A stretch of 51,672 bases of DNA from Candidatus Woesearchaeota archaeon (GTDB taxonomy: Archaea; Nanobdellota; Nanobdellia; Pacearchaeales; UBA12030). The position numbers and the translations under genes were made by a program. Where the stretch lies: the NCBI GenBank assembly GCA_964361585.1, contig CAYIBB010000002.1, forward strand, positions 1 to 51,672. The letters run 5' to 3'. The notes under the pieces were generated by a model, which searched no databases, was not told where the DNA came from, and was given only the letters and a program-made list of their open reading frames with translations. This document shows positions 45,595-51,672 of the stretch, in pieces. Position 1 is the first letter of the stretch; each line of letters opens with the position of its first letter.

Positions 45595-46209
45595 ATGAAA
45601 CCAGAAAAGAAGATTCTTTTAACCTATATAACCTTCTTTATACTATTTCTTATACTTATAATATTTCCATCTGCAGACCTATATTTAGTTTCTAAAATTC
45701 AAGAGATTAGAAATCCAACCTTGGACACTGTAATGTTGTGGATTACTAACATAGGTTCAGGACTTATTATCTTTTTTATAATTTCGACCCTATTCTTGTA
45801 CGAGGAAAGGAAGAGGCGCTGGATTCTCCCTCTTTGGCTAGGCTTTTTACTTTCTTCTTTAATTGTGTATCTTCTGAAGTCTTCAATATCAAGGCCTCGA
45901 CCATTCTTGGAATTAGGAATTCCTGCCGAGAGCGATTCACCAAACTCGAGTTTTCCAAGTGGACATACAACTATGGCCTTTGCCGCCTTACCTGTAATTG
46001 ATAAAGAGTTCCGAAAGATAAAGCTGTTTTGGATTATTTTTGCAGTTCTAGTGGGGTTTTCAAGGTTTTATCTTGCAGTTCATCATATAAGTGATGTTAT
46101 CTTTGGAGCAATGTTAGGCTATACCCTCTCGTTAATTTTTGTTAAGTTGGAAGAGAAAAAAGTGTTCTCAAATTTCTTAAGTAAATTCAAGAAACAAGTA
46201 AGGAAATGA
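45595..46209 (+). CDS. PAP2-superfamily lipid phosphatase (polyprenyl-diphosphate phosphatase-like)
   Basis: Acid-phosphatase motifs KSSISRPRP, PSGHT and SRFYLAVHHISD. A leaderless-type TATA (tatttaaata) lies about 25 nt upstream. Confidence 0.85.
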   Translation: MKPEKKILLTYITFFILFLILIIFPSADLYLVSKIQEIRNPTLDTVMLWITNIGSGLIIFFIISTLFLYEERKRRWILPLWLGFLLSSLIVYLLKSSISRPRPFLELGIPAESDSPNSSFPSGHTTMAFAALPVIDKEFRKIKLFWIIFAVLVGFSRFYLAVHHISDVIFGAMLGYTLSLIFVKLEEKKVFSNFLSKFKKQVRK

Positions 46210-46808
46210 ATCTAAATTCAAAGTTTGAAATTAAAAGGCAAATTGTGCATATTTTGCTAGGACTTGTAATTATACTCCTTGCACTTTATGATCGAACTTT
46301 TGCACTATGGTTGATCTTTAGTTTTTTAATGTTAGGAATCATTCTTGCTTTGATCTCTCTCAAATTAGATGTTCCAATAATCTCCTGGTTCCTGAAAAAT
46401 TTCGAACGTGATGAGTACAGGGAAAAATTTCCTTTTAAAGGAGCAATTTTCTTTTTTGCAGGGAGTTTGCTTACTCTGAAATTGTTTTCATTTGATATTG
46501 CCCTCGCGTCTATCTCTATTTTAACTTTTGGCGATTCCTTTTCACATCTTGTAGGAATATATGGGAAGTATAAAAGCAAACTTGATCTAAAGAGGAGAAA
46601 AAATCTAGAGGGAATGGTTGTTGGCATTGTTGTTGGCGCAATTGTAGCAAGTTTCTTCGTAAATATAATTTCTGCGTTAGCTGCTTCTGCTTTAGCAATG
46701 ATAGCTGAAAATATTTCGGTAAAGTTGCAGGGAGAAGAAGTTGATGATAATATCATAATTCCTGTCGTGGCAGGGACTGTTCTCCATATCTTGAAGAATT
46801 ATATCTGA
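46206..46808 (+). CDS. Dolichol/polyprenol kinase-like protein (COG0170, CTP-dependent)
   Basis: FGDSFSHLVGIYGKYK...KNLEGMVVG...VDDNIIIP motifs of the Sec59/dolichol-kinase family. A 4-nt overlap with the PAP2 gene. Confidence 0.7.
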   Translation: MNLNSKFEIKRQIVHILLGLVIILLALYDRTFALWLIFSFLMLGIILALISLKLDVPIISWFLKNFERDEYREKFPFKGAIFFFAGSLLTLKLFSFDIALASISILTFGDSFSHLVGIYGKYKSKLDLKRRKNLEGMVVGIVVGAIVASFFVNIISALAASALAMIAENISVKLQGEEVDDNIIIPVVAGTVLHILKNYI

Positions 46809-46869
46809 GTATTAAATTTTCCTTAAATCGAAAGATTTAAATAGTTTTAATTTTATAATGGTAACAGTT

Positions 46870-46913
46870 CTAGTGTAATGTTAGAGGTACACTAAAGTAC
46901 ATTAGTACACTAG
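46870..46913. repeat. GTACAYTA direct repeats flanked by an inverted copy in the leader of the surface-protein gene
   Basis: CTAGTGTA (46870-46877) is the reverse complement of TACACTAG (46906-46913). GTACACTA at 46887-46894, GTACATTA at 46897-46904, GTACACTA at 46905-46912. Confidence 0.5.
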
Positions 46914-46927
46914 ATAGGCTAAGGACA

Positions 46928-48889
46928 ATGAAAAAGATATTTTTTGCGACACTCGCATTTGTTTTTGTAGTTTTTACGGCATTCAATGTTTTGGCTGCAG
47001 TTCAAATTAATTCAGTAAGCACTGCAGCAGGAATTCCAGGAGATACTCTGACTTTGAATGCGAATGTTACTAATACAGACTTAACTAGTTCAGTAAATGT
47101 TGTCTTTAATAGCACAATCCTTACAGGCCCTTCTGGATTTACAATCAATGCTCCTTCAATAAATCCTGCAACTATTCCTGCTAATACCACACAATTAGTA
47201 TTCTTTACAATAAACATTCCTTCCGTACTAACGGGAGATTATTCTGGGACTTTAACCGCAATAGGACCAAATACAGTCACAAAGCAGTATATTATTACTG
47301 TAAACTCCAAGGATGCTCTTGATGTGTTGGAAACCTCACTTTCATTGAAGGAGCAACCAGGGGAGCAAGCTTCTGGGACAATCACTATAAAGAACGCAGG
47401 AAGTAGCAATCTTAACTTTGTGTCCTCAAGTTTCTCGTTTAATGGAGCAGACTTTTCTGATGGTACTGAAAATATTACCTTGGGTTTTAGCCCTAATACT
47501 TTTACAATAAAGCCAGCTGAAACTAAATCAGTAGTGGTTAGTGCATTAATTGGTGATGATATAACTATTGATGACTATTCTGGCTCAATTTCAGTAAATT
47601 CTGGAAGTGCCATAGATACATTTACTTTGGAGGTAGAAGCACGCCCTGATCTATGTGATGAGGGTCCTAAAGGTGGAAATCTTGAAATTACAAGAATAGT
47701 TGACCCTTCTTCTGGCGAGGATTTCAAGCCACTCGAAACAGTGGAAGTTACAGTAAGAGTACAGAATAATGATGATGACGAGCTTGATATTATTATTGAG
47801 GCATTCCTTGTAGACAAAGAAGATAATGACGAACTTGACAGTGTAGAGTTTGAAACTACAATAGACGAGGATGATACAGAAGATTATGATCTTGAGTTAA
47901 AAATTCCTGCCGACGTAAAGGAAAGTTCAAACAGATATGCAATTTATGTAAAGGTTTTCGAGGATGGAGAGGAAGATAACCAATGTCAGGAAAAAAGTAC
48001 AGATATAGAAATAAAGAAAGATAATCATAATGTTGCAGTTGATGAAGACGAGGTCAATATTCCTGACACTCTTGTATGTGGCATAACAAATTCAGTTGAC
48101 GTTACTGTGGTCAATACTGGTTCTGACAATGAAGATGATGTTACTGTAACCGTAAAGATTCCAGAATTAGGAATTTCTGACACTAGTAGTAAGTTCGACA
48201 TCGATGAGGAAGAGGATGAGAAGGTGCAATTATCACTTTTAGTTCCAAGGGATGTTACAGATGGAGAGTACACCCTGCGATTTGAGGTTAGAGATGAAGA
48301 TGATGATATTTTTGATGATGGAATCTTCGAGCAGAGTGTAAGTATCTCCTGTGTCTCAGGGCCGCCAACACAGCCACCTACTCCTCCAAGTACTTCACAA
48401 GTAACATTAACCTTAACAAAGAAATCCTTCGAGGTAGAGTCAGGACAGAGGCTTGATGTTACCCTCGTATTGCGAAATAATGCTAATACAGATACTGTAT
48501 TAACTGTAAATCTTGAGCCTAGTGGAAATTGGGCATCTCTCACTTCTCAGATTGTGGCACTGAAAGCAGGAGAGAGTAAAACCTTAACACTGAACTTAGC
48601 ATCAAAATCAGGAACTGATGATGGAACTTACACAGCTAGGGTTTCAGTAAGATCTAATGGAAATGAAGTAGCATCTGATAGTATTACTACCAGAGTTGCT
48701 TCTGCTGGAGGAGTTTCAGGAACAGGCGGAGTAATAGGAAGAACAATTCTTGAGGAAAACTTGCCTTTCGTAGTAATTAACATTATCCTTGTTATCATTA
48801 TAATAGTACTTATAGTGTGGATTTCTATGAGAAGGTCAAGGAAAGAAGTAAGTTCTGAAAGAACTTCCTCAAGTCCGAGAAAAAGATAA
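46928..48889 (+). CDS. S-layer-like/CARDB-repeat surface protein with a C-terminal TM plus basic anchor
   Basis: Signal peptide (MKKIFFATLAFVFVVFTAFNVLA), repeated beta-sandwich-like modules (e.g. VVNTGSDNEDDVTVTVKIPELG, GESKTLTLNLASKSGTDDGTYTARVSV), acidic D/E-rich stretches and N-x-S/T sequons. The C-terminus reads EENLPFVVINIILVIIIIVLIVWISMRRSRK followed by an 18-aa tail. Confidence 0.75.
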   Translation: MKKIFFATLAFVFVVFTAFNVLAAVQINSVSTAAGIPGDTLTLNANVTNTDLTSSVNVVFNSTILTGPSGFTINAPSINPATIPANTTQLVFFTINIPSVLTGDYSGTLTAIGPNTVTKQYIITVNSKDALDVLETSLSLKEQPGEQASGTITIKNAGSSNLNFVSSSFSFNGADFSDGTENITLGFSPNTFTIKPAETKSVVVSALIGDDITIDDYSGSISVNSGSAIDTFTLEVEARPDLCDEGPKGGNLEITRIVDPSSGEDFKPLETVEVTVRVQNNDDDELDIIIEAFLVDKEDNDELDSVEFETTIDEDDTEDYDLELKIPADVKESSNRYAIYVKVFEDGEEDNQCQEKSTDIEIKKDNHNVAVDEDEVNIPDTLVCGITNSVDVTVVNTGSDNEDDVTVTVKIPELGISDTSSKFDIDEEEDEKVQLSLLVPRDVTDGEYTLRFEVRDEDDDIFDDGIFEQSVSISCVSGPPTQPPTPPSTSQVTLTLTKKSFEVESGQRLDVTLVLRNNANTDTVLTVNLEPSGNWASLTSQIVALKAGESKTLTLNLASKSGTDDGTYTARVSVRSNGNEVASDSITTRVASAGGVSGTGGVIGRTILEENLPFVVINIILVIIIIVLIVWISMRRSRKEVSSERTSSSPRKR

Positions 48890-48933
48890 ATCTCATTCTA
48901 GATACAAAGATAAATTAAAAACAAAAACAAAAT

Positions 48934-49284
48934 TTATTTTGTTCCGCTTAATGCTACTAGGGATCCTATAAATGCCATAAGCCATGAAAGTATTAAGCCG
49001 ACTTGAACAAGCCATCCGCTCCATTCTCGCACGTCAATAAATGTTCCCTGCAAGAGTACGAATGATGCCGCAAAAAGTGCAAAAGCAGCAGCTCGCACAA
49101 ACCATGGATTAGCTTCTTTTGTAACGCCGGCGCTACTCATGACTGGAATAAGCAGAAACCATGCAACTGCCGTAATAACTGATCCTACAAATCCGCCTGT
49201 CACGGAGAGGCCAGAAAAACTTACAGCTGCAACTGCAAACAATAGCATAATCAAAGGAAAACTCCCTTTCCATTCTACAGCCAT
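48934..49284 (-). CDS. Hypothetical membrane protein
   Basis: About four TM helices. Start moved to Met23 (49284, preceded by GAGGT) because the longer ORF would contain its own BRE/TATA element. Confidence 0.5.
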   Translation of the reverse strand: MAVEWKGSFPLIMLLFAVAAVSFSGLSVTGGFVGSVITAVAWFLLIPVMSSAGVTKEANPWFVRAAAFALFAASFVLLQGTFIDVREWSGWLVQVGLILSWLMAFIGSLVALSGTK

Positions 49285-49328
49285 TTTTACCTCTTTTAAT
49301 TTTATTTTAAATGTAATTTTTTTACGCT

Positions 49329-49343
49329 TTATAAACCTTTCGA
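49329..49343 (-). promoter_or_regulatory. BRE/TATA promoter (TCGAAAGGTTTATAA), copy 1
   Basis: Minus-strand cgaaaggtTTTATAAa about 48 nt upstream of the ATG at 49284; identical 15-mer at 49785-49799. Confidence 0.5.
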
Positions 49344-49422
49344 CATACACTCTATAGAATGAAAAGAAAAAATAAAAAAGAAATAAGAATTCAAAAAGGT
49401 TTCTTTAGCTCTGCTCGAGTTT

Positions 49423-49758
49423 TTAACCTCTTGCCAAGCTAAATACGTGTTTTAATGCAACTATCACGGTTGCTGGGACAAACATTACGTTTATTGCGTT
49501 AAGAATGTTCTTTGTAACGTCAAAGATGCTTAGTGCTTGTGCTCCAAGCGAACTTGCTATTACCAATGCTAGGGAACCTAGCAAGAAAGGCATTACTTCC
49601 TTTTCTGTAATGTTAAGCAATCCTACAATTATTCCTAGTATTATAAGAATGGCTCCCACCACCTTGTTTACTGGTCCTAATGCCCCAAGTATCACTGCCA
49701 AGATCACTCCAATTAGGAATGCCCAACTTCCGATCAAGCTACCAGCTTGTTTTGCCAT
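49423..49758 (-). CDS. Hypothetical membrane protein
   Basis: 111 aa, three to four TM helices rich in Gly/Ala/Ile; no recognised family. Confidence 0.5.
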   Translation of the reverse strand: MAKQAGSLIGSWAFLIGVILAVILGALGPVNKVVGAILIILGIIVGLLNITEKEVMPFLLGSLALVIASSLGAQALSIFDVTKNILNAINVMFVPATVIVALKHVFSLARG

Positions 49759-49784
49759 TTTATTCCTAAAGAGCAGGGCCCCAC

Positions 49785-49799
49785 TTATAAACCTTTCGA
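49785..49799 (-). promoter_or_regulatory. BRE/TATA promoter (TCGAAAGGTTTATAA), copy 2
   Basis: Identical 15-mer centred about 30 nt upstream of the ATG at 49758 (leaderless-type spacing). Confidence 0.5.
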
Positions 49800-49865
49800 A
49801 CTCAATTTTACCAAGAAATAGGGTAAAGAAAAGGTTCTAGGTAATTGGTTAAGCTAGTGTTTAAG

Positions 49866-49939
49866 TGGGGCTGCCCGGATTTGAACCGGGGTCTCATGCT
49901 CCCTAAGCATGGATGATAACCAAGCTACACCACAACCCC
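49866..49939 (-). tRNA. tRNA-Pro with anticodon AGG (A34), no intron
   Basis: Acceptor GGGGTTG/CAGCCCC plus A73, anticodon arm CATGC-TTAGGGA-GCATG (positions 34-36 = AGG; A34 is the complement of t49904), T-arm CCCGG-TTCAAAT-CCGGG. The overall sequence resembles archaeal tRNA-Pro. Confidence 0.8.
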
Positions 49940-50002
49940 TTAGGAGCTAAAGAGCCAGGAGTGTTAGAGAAAGGTATTTTAAATCTCTTTTTCTTACATT
50001 AA

Positions 50003-50422
50003 ATGCTTGAGGCTATATTTAAATGGGAGGGGGATATGGAGAATGATTTATTCGAAGAAGGGGATTTCATTATGTTCAAAGTGGATTTTAAATCAAACAA
50101 GGGAGATTATGGTTTTGACATTCCTTCAGAATTTGGTGTAGGAACTGGTTATGCAAAAACTCGCTTCTTTCCAGGACTTGATGAAGTGAAAATTGGTAGG
50201 GTGTATAGAGGAGTCATAACTTTTATTAGTGAAAGGGCAACAAATAGTAATATTATCCATGTAATTGCACAAAAAGAACTTAATCTTGTAGAAAGGAAAC
50301 GACTTTTGTTTGTTTATGAATATATGCAAAGTTTGAGAAGAGATGAGGAAGGCGAAATTTGCCCTACTCATCCATTTGAAATAGGGCATTACACAGACCT
50401 AAGATATCGGCATCGTAATTAG
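50003..50422 (+). CDS. Hypothetical protein
   Basis: 139-aa ORF; no motif recognised. Confidence 0.45.
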   Translation: MLEAIFKWEGDMENDLFEEGDFIMFKVDFKSNKGDYGFDIPSEFGVGTGYAKTRFFPGLDEVKIGRVYRGVITFISERATNSNIIHVIAQKELNLVERKRLLFVYEYMQSLRRDEEGEICPTHPFEIGHYTDLRYRHRN

Positions 50423-50435
50423 AATAAAGCTCAGC

Positions 50436-51002
50436 TCATAACCTTACACTCACTTCCATACCATCATGCTCAAAGTCATGAAATTCACTTTTGTATTTTC
50501 CTGATTTTCTTACATACTCAAGGTAGTCGTGCATTGCATCTGCAATGATCTTCGCATTATCTGCCACAATAATACTACCTTTTTTGAGGTTTTTCTTCTC
50601 TAAAAGTTTGAGATAGGCAAAATATTCTTCCTTTGCAGCATCCACAAAAACCAGGTCGAATTTCCCCTCAAGCTTTGGAATTAACTTAAGGGCACTTCCC
50701 ACGATGATCTTAATTTTCTTCTCAAATCCCACTAACTTAATGTTCCTTTCTGCGACTGCCGCAATTCTTTTGGAGATTTCTAGTGTAATAATATTTCCTT
50801 CCTTACCCCTCAAATTTTGAGCCATTAATATTGCAGAGTAGCCAACTAAAGTGCCTATCTCAAGTATGAGCTTTGGGTTACACTCTCTTACAAGAGATGC
50901 AAGAAGTTTGCCTTTCTTCGGCCCAACTATTGGCAGGAACCGTGTTACAGAGGCCTTCTCAATACTTCTCAATACTTCTTCGGCTTTATTATCTTTCATC
51001 AT
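50436..51002 (-). CDS. Class I SAM-dependent O-methyltransferase (family 3, CCoAOMT-like)
   Basis: SAM motif I ILEIGTLVGYSAILMA and LVFVDAAKEEY. The first ATG is at 51002; the TTG at 51011 in the ORF track overlaps tRNA-Cys. Confidence 0.8.
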   Translation of the reverse strand: MMKDNKAEEVLRSIEKASVTRFLPIVGPKKGKLLASLVRECNPKLILEIGTLVGYSAILMAQNLRGKEGNIITLEISKRIAAVAERNIKLVGFEKKIKIIVGSALKLIPKLEGKFDLVFVDAAKEEYFAYLKLLEKKNLKKGSIIVADNAKIIADAMHDYLEYVRKSGKYKSEFHDFEHDGMEVSVRL

Positions 51003-51006
51003 AAAG

Positions 51007-51145
51007 AGCAAGGGGTGGGATTCGAACCCACGAAATACGCGGTAGCCGCTTTTCTTTGTGGAGCTTTCCTATTTTCTTGATTAAACTTCTTTTCTAAAGA
51101 AGTTTATCTGCAGCCGCGCGCCTTAGACCACTTGGCTACCCTTGC
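51007..51145 (-). tRNA. tRNA-Cys (anticodon GCA, U73) with a 64-nt intron in or next to the anticodon loop
   Basis: Acceptor GCAAGGG/CCCTTGC plus U73 (Cys identity), D-arm GCC(A)-...-GGC, anticodon stem CGCGG/CCGCG enclosing 71 nt that begin CTGCAGA, T-arm GTGGG-TTCGAAT-CCCAC. Confidence 0.8.
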
Positions 51146-51168
51146 TTGTTCTTTCGAGGAGAATTTTG

Positions 51169-51180
51169 TTTTTAAATTTT
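51169..51180 (-). promoter_or_regulatory. TATA-box candidate for tRNA-Cys
   Basis: aaaatttaaaaa (minus strand) centred about 30 nt upstream of the tRNA 5' end. Confidence 0.45.
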
Positions 51181-51337
51181 CACTTATTAATCATAGAATT
51201 AACTTTAGATAAAACATTCAAAATAATAATTACTATTAAATGGTAACTATAGAAACCTTTTTAAACTTGGAATTACCTTGCATATCTAAGCCTAGAATAA
51301 CTAGTATGTTAAAGCCAGAACAATTAGGCTAAGGGAA

Positions 51338-51672
51338 ATGAATGTTATAGAGTTAGAAAGTATCCGGAAAGTTTATGGAATTGGAGAAAGCGAGTTCGAG
51401 GCATTAAAAGATCTTAATTTAAATGTTAAGGAGGGGGAGTTTATTGCAATCTTAGGTCCTAGTGGATCAGGAAAAAGTACTGTAATGAATATAATAGGAA
51501 CTTTAGATGTACCCACAAAAGGAAAAGTTCTTCTCGAAAACTCGGACATTTCGAAAGCAAATGAGAATAAGCTGGCAGAAATTCGTGGCAAAAAGATTGG
51601 ATTTGTATTCCAACAATTCAATCTCATCCCGACTTTGAGTGCGGTGGAAAATGTCGCCTTACCATTACTTTT
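51338..51672 (+). CDS. ABC transporter ATP-binding protein (MacB/LolD-like), 5' partial at window end
   Basis: Hand translation: MNVIELESIRKVYGIGESEFEALKDLNLNVKEGEFIAILGPSGSGKSTVMNIIGTLD...GFVFQQFNLIPTLSAVENVALPLL, with a Walker A motif GPSGSGKST. The ORF runs off the window. Confidence 0.9.
   Translation, partial: MNVIELESIRKVYGIGESEFEALKDLNLNVKEGEFIAILGPSGSGKSTVMNIIGTLDVPTKGKVLLENSDISKANENKLAEIRGKKIGFVFQQFNLIPTLSAVENVALPLL

Noticed and set aside
51373-51627. 84-aa minus-strand ORF at the window end.
   Set aside because: The plus strand encodes an unmistakable ABC ATPase N-terminus (Walker A motif GPSGSGKST), so this is a shadow ORF.
1-51672. Search for CRISPR arrays, cas genes, transposases, integrases, IS inverted repeats, prophage genes and rRNA.
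   Set aside because: None recognised on either strand. The only accessory-looking content is the TA islet at 17.9-19.7 kb and the large surface-protein genes.

Overview
AT-rich archaeal chromosomal segment (about one-third G+C by eye, not computed), densely packed with roughly 70 genes. Most are conserved archaeal information-processing genes: secE-spt5, ftsZ, aIF5A, uS15-RecJ-like-eS1, eL37-Sm, eS8, TFB, RNase Z/EndA, eS17-Alba, eL40, SRP54/FtsY, GINS, the eL42(L44e)-eS27-aIF2alpha-Nop10-PAC2 string, uL1-P0-P1, Bud32, EndoQ-like and Nth. The short genes, patchy metabolism (an isolated purD, a transaldolase-family gene), large secreted proteins and a small archaeosortase suggest a small-genome, possibly DPANN-type (Pace-/Woesearchaeota-like) archaeon; that assignment is inference only. 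I found no rRNA, CRISPR array, transposase or integrase. Main points of interest: (1) an 8.7-kb two-gene module encoding a 642-aa protein with a type IV pilin-like signal and a 2,252-aa secreted giant with an intact NlpC/P60 catalytic triad, a Cys-rich block and Pro/Thr linkers; (2) eight tRNA genes, seven of them interrupted, four at the same D-loop site and one by a ~12-nt T-loop insertion, plus an uninterrupted tRNA-Pro with an A34 (AGG) anticodon, with endA and rnz in the same window; (3) a small archaeosortase-family gene clustered with PAP2 phosphatase, dolichol-kinase-like and S-layer-like genes, the last carrying a C-terminal TM/basic anchor; (4) a bacterial-type MraZ-like gene between two intron-bearing tRNAs; (5) a toxin-antitoxin islet (PIN/UPF0175, and MNT with a truncated HEPN) and a decayed HIT gene; (6) several intergenic repeat or operator-like motifs and one ORF with a sharp internal composition shift. 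Three small genes below the ORF-track cutoff (eL37, eL40, Nop10) were recovered by hand translation, and several ORF-track starts were shortened where they overlap tRNAs, promoters or these small genes.
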